DNA of 64,000 nt from an uncultured Pseudomonadota bacterium. GTDB lineage: Bacteria; Myxococcota_A; Polyangia; Fen-1088. A program made the position numbers and the translations under genes. Position 1 is the first letter of the stretch. Every line of letters begins with the position of its first letter. The notes beneath the pieces were generated by a model. The model saw only the letters and a program-made list of their open reading frames with translations. It was not told the DNA's origin and searched no databases. This document shows, piece by piece, positions 19,661-28,455 of this stretch. The DNA lies in NCBI GenBank assembly GCA_963847705.1, contig CAWKBC010000021.1, positions 292,527-356,526 of the forward strand, read 5' to 3'.

Positions 19661-20389
19661 CTAGGAAATCACTGCGAGCGCGTACTGCTTCGCACCCGAT
19701 TCGCCCGGACCGGCGTCCGCCGCGGCGGGCTCCGCCATTCCGAGCCGCTGCCTCGAGAGGGAAAGGGCGTCCGGGGAGATGTCGTTCCCGGCGAACCGCC
19801 GGTCCAGCTTCAGTGCGGCGACCCCCGTGCTGCCCGAACCCATGAACGGATCGATCACCAGCTCTCCGGGCGCCGTGCTTTGCCCGATGAGCACTTCCGA
19901 CACGCGGACAGGCTTCTCCGCCGGATAGCCGTTTCTCACGCGCGGCACGTTGATCACGTCCGCCGTACCCAGGTTGTTGAGCCGCCGCTTCCCCTTCTCA
20001 AAGAAGAGGACCATTTCGTAGCGCGATCGGTAGTGATAGCCCATCCCGATATTCTGCTTATCCCAGATCAGCGGCTTCCAGAACTTGAATCCCGCCGCCT
20101 CCGCAACCGGCTTCGCAATGAACGCCGTCTCCGGGTCGGTAAAGAGATAGAAGTGCGCGTCCTTCTTGAGAACGCGAAAGACCTCGGCGAACAGCTCCGG
20201 AAACCGGCTGTTGGGAAAGATCTGGAACCACTGATTGCTGGAACCCTTGCTCTGCTTCAAGCGGGTCGTCGTTCCCACCGCCCGATGCTTCTCCAGCGAT
20301 TCATAGGGCGGGTCCGTGACGACCAGATCGATCGACCCCGCAGGCAACTCTTTCAGCCACGCCACAGCGTCCATCTGTCCGAGAAGCAT
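19661..20389 (-). CDS. Beta-class N4C/N6A DNA methyltransferase
   Basis: TDPPY near the N-terminus; YPAEKP and DPFMGSGST near the C-terminus. Confidence 0.9.
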   Translation of the reverse strand: MLLGQMDAVAWLKELPAGSIDLVVTDPPYESLEKHRAVGTTTRLKQSKGSSNQWFQIFPNSRFPELFAEVFRVLKKDAHFYLFTDPETAFIAKPVAEAAGFKFWKPLIWDKQNIGMGYHYRSRYEMVLFFEKGKRRLNNLGTADVINVPRVRNGYPAEKPVRVSEVLIGQSTAPGELVIDPFMGSGSTGVAALKLDRRFAGNDISPDALSLSRQRLGMAEPAAADAGPGESGAKQYALAVIS

Positions 20390-20646
20390 GGGCCTGACAG
20401 TACAGCTAAACATCTGAGCAGGTCAAGGTTTAGCGGCCGAGTGGCCCGGAGGGGAGTGTCTGGCGCAAGCGCCCGCAATTACTTTTGTTTTCCTGTCTGT
20501 CAGGAGAGAGCCGCCCTTGAGGCGGCGTCTGTCGGCCTGGGGCGCTCGCGAGGGGATGTGCGCCTCGAGTCGCCTCCCGTTCTATGGCTCGCTGAGTCCG
20601 TGCCGTTTTGATCCCCTGGCCGAAATGCGCGACAATTTGCGTCCAC

Positions 20647-21732
20647 ATGCCCCCGTTGAACAAAGGACCCAAGGAGTTCTTTGAATTCCTTCAGACGAAA
20701 AATGCCGGTGACGTCATTTCTGAAGGGGACATCCTTGCGGCGGTCACCAAGTGGAAGGCGAACAGCTTTCACACCTACAAGGGCAAGAACAAAATTGCGC
20801 CGTTTCTCGAAGAGCTTCCCGGCGACAAGTACCGCGTCATCAACGACGGGAAGATTCTGTCGGAGGCCCACTTCCACGAGGTGTTCACGCAGGTCAAGCC
20901 GGCGGTCGTCGTCCCCAAGGCGGGAAGCCAGCTGACGGGGAAGGCGGGCTCGTACGTCCTCGATTCGTTTATCGGAGCCGGTGCGGTCGGCTCGGTATGG
21001 CGCGGGCGACACGAAGCGACCGGCGGGCTGGTGGCCGTGAAGATCATGCTCCCCAAGGCCGATCTGCTTGAACCGTCCACGCTGAAGAACGTCAAGGAGC
21101 GATTCCGGCGCGAGGCGCTAAACGGCATCAAGCTGAAGCTGCCGTCCGTCATATCCCACCGGGACGTCGGGGAATGGCAGGACACGCCGTTCCTGGTCAT
21201 GGAACTCGCTTCGGGCTCCGTCGGAGCCGAGCTGAGAGCGGGCGGGGCTTTAGCGGCGAGCGCCGCCGCATCCGTTGTCTCCGATGCGGTCGACGGCCTG
21301 CTGGCGCTTCACAAGGACAAATGTATTCATCGGGACGTGAAGCCGGACAACATGCTTCGCGTCGGATCAAAAGTCGTCCTTGGTGACCTCGGCATCGTGA
21401 AGTGGAACGAGCTGAACCCCGCGTTCACCGGTGCGGGAACGATCACCAGGGCGTCGATACAATTGGGGTCGTGGTACTACATGGCTCCCGAGCAACGAAA
21501 AGCCCCGCATGAAGCCAAGTTTGCCAGCGATATGTACGCCCTTGGCATTTCGTGGATTGAGCTTCTAACCGGGAGTGCGCCCGATCCGTCGGAGGTGGGT
21601 GCGAACAAGTATCCCGATCCGAGCGCGGATCAGGATGTCTCGGCGATGATCCGCCGGATGCTGCAATATGATTTCAAGGACCGTCCGACGGCCGAAGACC
21701 TGCGAAAGTTTCTGGACAACCTCCCCGGCTAA
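20647..21732 (+). CDS. Hanks-type Ser/Thr protein kinase with an extra N-terminal domain
   Basis: GAGAVGSV, VAVK, HRDVKPDN, DLG, YMAPE and SDMYALG. Confidence 0.9.
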   Translation: MPPLNKGPKEFFEFLQTKNAGDVISEGDILAAVTKWKANSFHTYKGKNKIAPFLEELPGDKYRVINDGKILSEAHFHEVFTQVKPAVVVPKAGSQLTGKAGSYVLDSFIGAGAVGSVWRGRHEATGGLVAVKIMLPKADLLEPSTLKNVKERFRREALNGIKLKLPSVISHRDVGEWQDTPFLVMELASGSVGAELRAGGALAASAAASVVSDAVDGLLALHKDKCIHRDVKPDNMLRVGSKVVLGDLGIVKWNELNPAFTGAGTITRASIQLGSWYYMAPEQRKAPHEAKFASDMYALGISWIELLTGSAPDPSEVGANKYPDPSADQDVSAMIRRMLQYDFKDRPTAEDLRKFLDNLPG

Positions 21733-21744
21733 GTGCGGCCGATC

Positions 21745-22944
21745 TCACACGTCCTTCACGCCGACAGGCTCAAAATAGTCCGCCGATCCCAGAACGGACC
21801 CGTCGCGCAGCAGGCTGAGCGACCCCGTCCTTTCCGGCACGTTCACCGCCTCAATCTGCCGCGCGGAGGCGAGGCCGCCACGTGCAACCCCCATGACGGC
21901 CGTGAACACGGCCTCCTCGACGCCGAAAAAGAGGGGAGGGCGCGTGAGGAAGAACGGCGATGCACGCCGGATGTACCTCCACATATGGCGCAGCTCGTGC
22001 TCATCATGGTCGAAGAACGGCCACCAGGGTCCCCAGGGCACGGCGAACCAATCCGGGATGATGCCGCCGACGAACCGCCTTCCTTTGAGCGGGCCGGAGA
22101 CGCACTCCCAAAGACCGCGTGTGGCGCGCAACTCGTAGGGCCGCAGATGCCGGATCGCCTCGGCGACATCGCGCAGTTGGAGCCGGTCGAAGACGGGCGC
22201 GTAGTGACCGGCAACCATCGAGAGCCCGATGTCCCGCGGATAACCGCCCTCGCCAGGGGGAGCACCCCTTGTCACGGGGTCCTCGACGAGCAGCTGTGAT
22301 CGCACTCGGGGCGTCTCCTCGGTCGCCCAGCGCGCCGCGCTCACGTACCCTTTGACCTCAAGGGCGTGGCCCTGCGGGTCAATCAGCTGGACGCGCGCTA
22401 CTTGCGCCCTGAATTCGTCGAACTCCTTCGTGCGGAACGACACGGGGCTGTAGCGGCCCTTCGCCTCGAGCAGGTTTACATCGCGGTCATGCTTGCCGCA
22501 GACATAGTCCGGCGAGTCGCCGGCTTCGTGCTTCCGCCATGTGCTCCCGTCGGGGTTTCCCCGCTCGAGCACATCCTTGAACGGGCAGAAATACGTGAAC
22601 CCGAAGTGGGTGTCTAAAAACCAGCGGGCGAATGCCTTGCCGAGTTCGTTCGAGACGTTGCGTTTGGACTCCGTGTCCGCGCCGATTCCCGCGCCAAGGA
22701 AGCGCCAGTCGGGGCCGGCGGTCAGACGGCGCTCGTACTCGTAGATGCCGTCATCGAGCCCGTCGTCGCCGTATTTCACGAGGTAGTAGTGGTGGAAGAG
22801 GGCTTTCACGGCGACGGATAGCGCTTTGACCGGCTCCTTCGTCGCGGGATCGGTGAGCGTCGCCGGGAGGGCGGGGAACTTGTTGAGGGCGAGCGCTATC
22901 GTGCGCGCTGTCGTAGTCGTCATTCCCTGTGCTCCCCCCGCCAT
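21745..22944 (-). CDS. Hypothetical protein with a putative PD-(D/E)xK nuclease core
   Basis: SNELGKAF...SPDYV...LLEAKG fits the E...PD...ExK pattern. Confidence 0.6.
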   Translation of the reverse strand: MAGGAQGMTTTTARTIALALNKFPALPATLTDPATKEPVKALSVAVKALFHHYYLVKYGDDGLDDGIYEYERRLTAGPDWRFLGAGIGADTESKRNVSNELGKAFARWFLDTHFGFTYFCPFKDVLERGNPDGSTWRKHEAGDSPDYVCGKHDRDVNLLEAKGRYSPVSFRTKEFDEFRAQVARVQLIDPQGHALEVKGYVSAARWATEETPRVRSQLLVEDPVTRGAPPGEGGYPRDIGLSMVAGHYAPVFDRLQLRDVAEAIRHLRPYELRATRGLWECVSGPLKGRRFVGGIIPDWFAVPWGPWWPFFDHDEHELRHMWRYIRRASPFFLTRPPLFFGVEEAVFTAVMGVARGGLASARQIEAVNVPERTGSLSLLRDGSVLGSADYFEPVGVKDV

Positions 22945-22963
22945 GCCCGCCCCCCGCCTCCGT

Positions 22964-24064
22964 TCAGATGACCTTCATCGGATTCGCCGCGAACTTCTGG
23001 AACGAGAGCTTGGTGTACTCCACGTCCTGGCCGAGAAACCGCTTGTATCGCGCCTCTTCGGCCTCGGCGTCCTTGCGCTTCTTCCCTTTGAAGTGATTGA
23101 CCACCGTGACCTTCAGGGGGCTGTCGCGGTTCGTCTGGGCGCGCTTGAGCAGGTACTTGATGTGGATGTCGGCGTCGGGGAACGAGTACCCGCAGAAGAC
23201 GATGTGGCTGACCTTGCGCAGCGCGATGTCCGCGCGGTTCCAGATCGCGCTCAGAAAGGCGTTGCTCATGTCCTTGTAGAAGGTCGGCGGCACGATAAGC
23301 GGCACGTAGACGCTCTGGCAGACCCCGCATACCTTGTCCCTGAAGCTGGAGATGGAGAGGCGTGTGACGACGCCTTTCTCGTTCGGCGTGAGTTGCAGCT
23401 CGTTGCAGGTCGGGCAGAACAGCCAGTTCAGCGAGCCATGGGGCTTGAAGAGTTTCACGCTGCGGTCGAGGGCCGGCCGGGTCCAGTCGCCCGGCCAATC
23501 GAAGTTGCGGAAGTCCACGCCGTAATCGAGTTCGGTGCCGTGGGTAAGCTCTTCGCTCAGGGAGTTGTCGATCAGGATGTCGTAGTTCGTCGAGACGAAT
23601 ACGGTGCTGCGGAGCCGGTTGGCTTTGCGCAGCGCCTCTACGAGGTTGTCATGGAGGCCCGTTCCCTTTTGCAGCTTGAGGTCGAGCACCTTGGCGACGA
23701 GAAACACCAGGTGTTGCGCGATGAACCGCAGGCGTCCGCTCTTCGCGGTCTGGTTACCGCTGTCAAAGTGCCGGAAGCCTTCCTTCCGAAGCATCGCGAG
23801 ATCGGTGAGGCCAAGCACCTCCTCGAAGGTCGGGAAGATGACGTCCGCGAGGCTTCGCCGCCGGACGTTGATCTGGAACATCTCCAGAAAGAACTTCGCC
23901 AGCTCCTCGTTCATCGGCTCCGTGCTCTTCTTGAAGAGGTCCGACGAGAAATAGTCCCTGAAGAGGGTGTCCTGGACAGGAGCGCCCTCCGCGCGCGACG
24001 CTCCGGCGCCCAGGAAGATCGCCGTGTCCACGTCGGGTGGATGCGCCTTCGGGGCGGCAACCAT
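22964..24064 (-). CDS. SIR2-like (sirtuin/NADase) protein with Zn finger
   Basis: FLGAGAS, STNYD, KPHGSLNW, CPTC...CGVC, IVPPT and GYSFPDAD. ATG overlaps the recombinase stop. Confidence 0.88.
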   Translation of the reverse strand: MVAAPKAHPPDVDTAIFLGAGASRAEGAPVQDTLFRDYFSSDLFKKSTEPMNEELAKFFLEMFQINVRRRSLADVIFPTFEEVLGLTDLAMLRKEGFRHFDSGNQTAKSGRLRFIAQHLVFLVAKVLDLKLQKGTGLHDNLVEALRKANRLRSTVFVSTNYDILIDNSLSEELTHGTELDYGVDFRNFDWPGDWTRPALDRSVKLFKPHGSLNWLFCPTCNELQLTPNEKGVVTRLSISSFRDKVCGVCQSVYVPLIVPPTFYKDMSNAFLSAIWNRADIALRKVSHIVFCGYSFPDADIHIKYLLKRAQTNRDSPLKVTVVNHFKGKKRKDAEAEEARYKRFLGQDVEYTKLSFQKFAANPMKVI

Positions 24065-25071
24065 CACAGCTGTACCCTCTCGACCTCGGCTTGCGCGATC
24101 TTTCGATCCGCACGGACATAGAGCCGGGTAGTGCGGGCGTCGGCATGCCCGGCCAGTGCCTGGGCGTCCTCGAGCCGGCCTTTGTTCTCCTGGTGGATCG
24201 TGATGCCCGTCGCCCGGAATGAGTGATTGCAAGTGGAGGAGGGGAGTCCCGCGTCCTTGCAGCGGCGCTTGACCACCTCCCACACCTTGCCGCCGGCTAT
24301 CGGCCTGCCCGAGAGCGCGGGCTTGCGGCCGGGAGCGCTCTGGAACAGCGGCACCTTCGCTCGCGGCTCGAAGCCCGCCGCTGCGACGTATGCTCGCAGA
24401 TAGTCGCGCGTGACGTGATGGCAGGGGATGCGGCGCTCCTTGCCGCCTTTTTCGTGCAGCACAAGCGTTGCGGTCGCGCTTTCGTCCTCGAAGTCCCTTA
24501 CTGTCATCTTGCAGAGCGCCCCCACGCGCACGAACCCGAACAACATGACCGCGAACATGGCCCGGTCGCGCAGCGCCAGAATATCTCCGGTCTCGGCGGC
24601 TGTGTCGAGCAGCGCGAACAGCGCCCGTGCCTCGTCGCGCTCGAGCACGGGCGTCTTGCCTTCGGTCACGACGAGCCGCTCGGTACGGACGGACAGGGCA
24701 GGGTTGTGCGGCAGGACGCCGCGTTCCGTGAGAAAGTCCAGCCAATGGCGGATCGCCGAGGCCGTGAGCTTCACGCTCGCGGTCGAGACGTCCAGGCCCG
24801 CGAGATAGACGCTTACCGTCGGCGCGTCGAGCCGTTCGAGGCTGACGCCCTCACGCTCACACCAGGCACAGAACGCGAAGACGGCGCGGCCGTAGGCGCG
24901 GCGCGTGTGCGCGTTCGGAATCCGCGCCGTGAAGAATTCGAGGGTAGTGCGCGCCGCGCGCTCCCCGGAGCGGGCGATCATCGCCGGCAGGACCATCGAG
25001 ACGACGGCTGCGCCGTGTACGGTGACCGTTAGGCTCATCGACGGGGCAGGGGAGTGGGCTTCGCCATTCAT
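24064..25071 (-). CDS. XerC/D-like tyrosine recombinase (plasmid-resolvase type)
   Basis: RDRAM...FVRVG, EKGGK, HSFRATG and AGHADARTTRLY. Confidence 0.9.
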   Translation of the reverse strand: MNGEAHSPAPSMSLTVTVHGAAVVSMVLPAMIARSGERAARTTLEFFTARIPNAHTRRAYGRAVFAFCAWCEREGVSLERLDAPTVSVYLAGLDVSTASVKLTASAIRHWLDFLTERGVLPHNPALSVRTERLVVTEGKTPVLERDEARALFALLDTAAETGDILALRDRAMFAVMLFGFVRVGALCKMTVRDFEDESATATLVLHEKGGKERRIPCHHVTRDYLRAYVAAAGFEPRAKVPLFQSAPGRKPALSGRPIAGGKVWEVVKRRCKDAGLPSSTCNHSFRATGITIHQENKGRLEDAQALAGHADARTTRLYVRADRKIAQAEVERVQL

Positions 25072-25138
25072 GGCTGCTCATTCTCCGTTACGTGCTGTGC
25101 GTTACCGGCTTCGACCTTAACGATCTGAGGGTGGTTCG

Positions 25139-25468
25139 TCAAACAGCCTTTGAGGCTTGGCCGTGACGTTTCACGAACTGCTCAAAGGCCGCCAATACCG
25201 CGTCGGCATCCTCCGAAAGGATGTGCGCCGGCTGCGAAACATCGACGCGCTTGCCGATCTCGCGCGAGTATTGCATCGCGATCGAGCAGGCGCGCACCGG
25301 CACAGAGCGATCGCTGCCCCACTGAAAAATGCCAGCGAGGAAGAGGTAATGGACGCCCTGCGCCTCGCCGTGCGTCGAAGGCACCGCCTCCCACGCCTCG
25401 ACGAAGCGATAAACGTTGCCCGGCTTGTCCTTCTGCAGCTCGAGATCGATCGTCCTGTGCGATGCCAT
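25139..25468 (-). CDS. Hypothetical protein
   Basis: 109-aa ORF starting 2 bp after the upstream gene on the same strand. Confidence 0.55.
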   Translation of the reverse strand: MASHRTIDLELQKDKPGNVYRFVEAWEAVPSTHGEAQGVHYLFLAGIFQWGSDRSVPVRACSIAMQYSREIGKRVDVSQPAHILSEDADAVLAAFEQFVKRHGQASKAV

Positions 25469-25470
25469 AA

Positions 25471-25680
25471 TCAGCCGAGATTGTCGGACTCGGTCTTGTC
25501 CGGATTTGAGACGGGGGTCTTAACGCCGTTGATGACCCTGACGTGGTAGTCGGGGTACTTCCCCTGCCCGATCGCCTGGACGAATTCCGCGCGGCTCATG
25601 GATCGCCGCCGGTCGGGATCGAAGAATCGCTGGTTCCGGCCGCTATCCGTCTCTTCCGTCACGCGCACTCTCCGCGACAT
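25471..25680 (-). CDS. Small DUF3892-like protein
   Basis: GRNQRF...SRAEFVQAI...YHVRVINGVKTPVSNPD...DNLG; strong RBS (AGGAGAAAGG). Confidence 0.7.
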   Translation of the reverse strand: MSRRVRVTEETDSGRNQRFFDPDRRRSMSRAEFVQAIGQGKYPDYHVRVINGVKTPVSNPDKTESDNLG

Positions 25681-25691
25681 CACCTTTCTCC

Positions 25692-26660
25692 TTATCCTGC
25701 CGCGCCCTGCTTGGCGGGCTCCTGGTGGTGCGTTTCGACGAGGAAGGTCGCGAGCGTTGCCGCCGCGCCGACGGCCAGCCGTGCGTGCCGACCGTCCAGC
25801 ACACGGGAAGACGGCTGCTTTCCGTGCCCTGTTCCGTAGAGATTGCGCAGCTCGGCAAGCCTGCCGGCGATGCTGCCGAGATTGTTCAGCACGATGCGCA
25901 TCGCCTCCGCCCCCTTCGCGGAGGCATGGACGTCCTCCGGAGCCAGCTTCAGCTGCTTCATGGCGGCCTTTACAAGCGCCGGGAGATCGAGCCCGTCGTC
26001 GCAGGCTCCGGCGCGCGCGACGAGGATTGCCTTACAGACCGTCTCGACCAGCTCTTTGGCTGTACCGATAGCCAGCTCCGGGTCGTCCTGCACCGCCGCA
26101 TGCATCCGCGTGATCTGCTGGTTGACGTACTCGGCTCCGAGCGGCTCGACGGCGGCCCTCACGGTCGTGACGGCGTGATCGGCGCCCAGCACGAGCCGCC
26201 GGCCCGCGTAAGCCGGGCGTCCCGAGATCAACGTGGCGGGATAAAGCTCCCAGCCGTCGGCCGCGAGGTGGCGGTTGAAGGTTTCGGCCAGGGTGCGGAC
26301 CTCGTCGGTGTCGGGACGCACGGCGGGGTGGAGCGTCTCCGCCAGGAACCGGAGCAGCTCCTCGTCGGAGCACCACATCAGGTTGAAGCGGCTGTCCGTG
26401 AAGACCCAGTCCGGCTCCCCATCGTCGTTGTTGACCCGGTGCTGCCAGATGTCGGCGGCGGCGCTCTTGAACCGGTGATCGTGCGAAGGCATCGCCTTGA
26501 GGTCGTAGAGGCGCGCGAGAAAATCGGGTTCCTGCATGCGGCCGGACCAGGACGTCCTCGACACGGTGATCGCGTCGAAGATGTTCCTGCGCGTGACCTC
26601 GGTGATCACGCTCGGCGTCTGGAGGCTTTCCAAGGCCATCGGGATCGGCATCGGGCCCAC
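25692..26660 (-). CDS. Abortive-infection protein (AbiJ N-terminal domain + Abi_C/HEPN)
   Basis: TRRNIFD, FLARLYDL, DIWQHRVNNDD, LHPAVR, AKELVETVCK and LRNLYGTGHG (HEPN-like R...H motif). Confidence 0.85.
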   Translation of the reverse strand: MGPMPIPMALESLQTPSVITEVTRRNIFDAITVSRTSWSGRMQEPDFLARLYDLKAMPSHDHRFKSAAADIWQHRVNNDDGEPDWVFTDSRFNLMWCSDEELLRFLAETLHPAVRPDTDEVRTLAETFNRHLAADGWELYPATLISGRPAYAGRRLVLGADHAVTTVRAAVEPLGAEYVNQQITRMHAAVQDDPELAIGTAKELVETVCKAILVARAGACDDGLDLPALVKAAMKQLKLAPEDVHASAKGAEAMRIVLNNLGSIAGRLAELRNLYGTGHGKQPSSRVLDGRHARLAVGAAATLATFLVETHHQEPAKQGAAG

Positions 26661-26812
26661 TCACCCCTCCCCCCGTGTTCGCGGGAGATAACGTCTTTTA
26701 TCTCTCGCGAAACTAGCCGGAGAGGGGGCACGGGTCAAGTGTTCAGTGGTCCCGGATCGGGACAGCGGATCCCTATGAGCATGCGTGGCGGTTCGCTGAC
26801 CCGGGACTTGGA

Positions 26813-27292
26813 CTAGTCATCCTTCAGTGGACAGAGTGCAAGCCAGTGAACGTTAACCCAGCCAAGATTTGGCCCGTCGGTCTGTACGTACAGAGGAAAA
26901 TTGAATTTGGTCGTTCCACCTCCGTCTGTATTTGCGTCAACCACGGCACTCACATGAACGCCCGGCTTCGCGCCCGGCATCGGCGTTTGACGGAAATCAA
27001 CGCCTGATATTGCCGTTTGAATAACTGGATGATCGCAATCAACCGCTGGTTTAAGCGTAACGGTGTGGACTGCCTGCTGCCAGCCCGGTGACCGAGTCGA
27101 GGGAACCCACGCGGTTTTCGGATACGGGTCAAAATCTTCGTACCCCGCCTGCGCGATGTAGTACCCGGCATGGGTCATCTTCAGAAGCTTGGTAGTCGCT
27201 ACAACACCACCGGCACCGCCGACCAAGGCAGACAGTAGAATCGGCAGGACGGTCTTTAAGAGTGACTGCCACCACTTTTCGTCCTCACCCAT
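26813..27292 (-). CDS. Membrane-anchored protein with H-type-lectin-like C-terminal domain
   Basis: N-terminal TM; PVIQTAISGVDF...VNVHWLAL resembles the H-lectin consensus. Confidence 0.5.
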   Translation of the reverse strand: MGEDEKWWQSLLKTVLPILLSALVGGAGGVVATTKLLKMTHAGYYIAQAGYEDFDPYPKTAWVPSTRSPGWQQAVHTVTLKPAVDCDHPVIQTAISGVDFRQTPMPGAKPGVHVSAVVDANTDGGGTTKFNFPLYVQTDGPNLGWVNVHWLALCPLKDD

Positions 27293-27412
27293 GTATACGC
27301 TCCTGATGTTGGCCGTTGTTGCCGAGCTGTAGAATCAGCTCTTACTGGTCCCTCTGAATCTTGTCTTCGCGAGGGTGGTCGATCCTCCCGGAATCCCCCG
27401 CCAGCGCCATTC

Positions 27413-27655
27413 CTACGTCTTAGCGTCGTGGTCGGCAAAGACGATCAACCGCCAGCGAATCGCGCCGTGCCGAGGCTCATGTTGGCGGTGGTTCTGCGGC
27501 GGCAGGGGCTTTTTCTCTTCCGAGACCAGTTCGTGGCCGCAGCCCTCGCATCGGTAGATGCCTGAGTAGGGCGTGGCCGTCCCTGGCGCATGCAGAGTGT
27601 CGAAGGCGTCACTCGTCTTGTTGACGAGATATTGAGCGTGCTTGTACCAGGCCAT
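27413..27655 (-). CDS. Small Zn-ribbon protein (YjzC / 'protein L'-like)
   Basis: PG...PYSGIYRCEGCGHE...PLPPQNHRQH...IRWRLIV. Confidence 0.75.
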   Translation of the reverse strand: MAWYKHAQYLVNKTSDAFDTLHAPGTATPYSGIYRCEGCGHELVSEEKKPLPPQNHRQHEPRHGAIRWRLIVFADHDAKT

Positions 27656-27669
27656 TGGCGTCGCTTTCG

Positions 27670-27950
27670 TCAGCCCGGGCAGTCCGGCAACGCGAGGAGA
27701 TTGTCCTTGCCGGTGCTGTCGGGCCTCGTGCGGATGTACGACGCTCGGCCGGGGGTACGTCCACGACCGTCACCACTGCCCTCTGGCCGCCTCCGTCCGT
27801 GTAGAACTCATACTCGCCGGAGCGGATGCACCGAATCACTTGTTCTACGGTGTACCGCGACGGGTATCCATTCACCCCGATGGATGTGATGTGCTCGTGA
27901 CTGCTGGAGCGATTGGGCTTCGTGATGCAGGTGACACGCAGTCCGATCAT
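27670..27950 (-). CDS. DUF3892 domain protein (one frameshift in a homopolymer near 27752)
   Basis: RVTCITK...HEHITSIG...EFYT, continuing in the shifted frame as SYIRTRPDSTGKDNLLALPDC. Confidence 0.75.
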
Positions 27951-28128
27951 GCTGTTCCCTCTTTCGCTTTGGAGAATGTCCGGCCGGCGGTTGTCGCAGC
28001 CGGACCCATTGGGGCTCCTGCCAGAAATGCGCGGAAAGCGTAAAGCCCCGTACTCAAACGCCGCGCAGACCAAAACTTCCGCGTGAAAAGCGAACGGACA
28101 TGTGACGGCGCGTCAGTCGTCGTGAGAC

Positions 28129-28455
28129 TTGAGCGAGGTTCGTGCCTACCTCGGATTGGTCCCACGCGCGCCCAGCTCCGGAGAGAAGGCACTGCGCGGG
28201 CGCATCACAGAACAAGGGAGCGGCCGCATGCTTCGCCTGCTCGTCCAATCTGCATGGGCCGTCCTGCGCTTGAGACCGACGCCGGAGGCTGAAATTCTCA
28301 AGAGCTGCACCACGAACGTGGCCAGCCGGCGCGGGCGATACGTGGCCATCGTGGCGCTCGCTAGGAGGTTGGCCGGGATTCTATTTGCCGTCTGGCGTGG
28401 CAGCACTTCCTACAGAGTGCCCGGTCCTCTGGGCGGTAGGGAGGTGACCACCTAG
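28129..28455 (+). mobile_element. IS110-family transposase C-terminal remnant
   Basis: AYLGLVP...SSG...GRIT.QG...LRLLVQSAW...AIVALARRLAGILFAVW; no N-terminal DEDD domain. Confidence 0.8.

Noticed and set aside
24065-24745. N-terminal extension of the SIR2 ORF (593 aa in the track)
   Set aside because: It overlaps the recombinase in another frame; SIR2 motifs begin just after the ATG at 24064.
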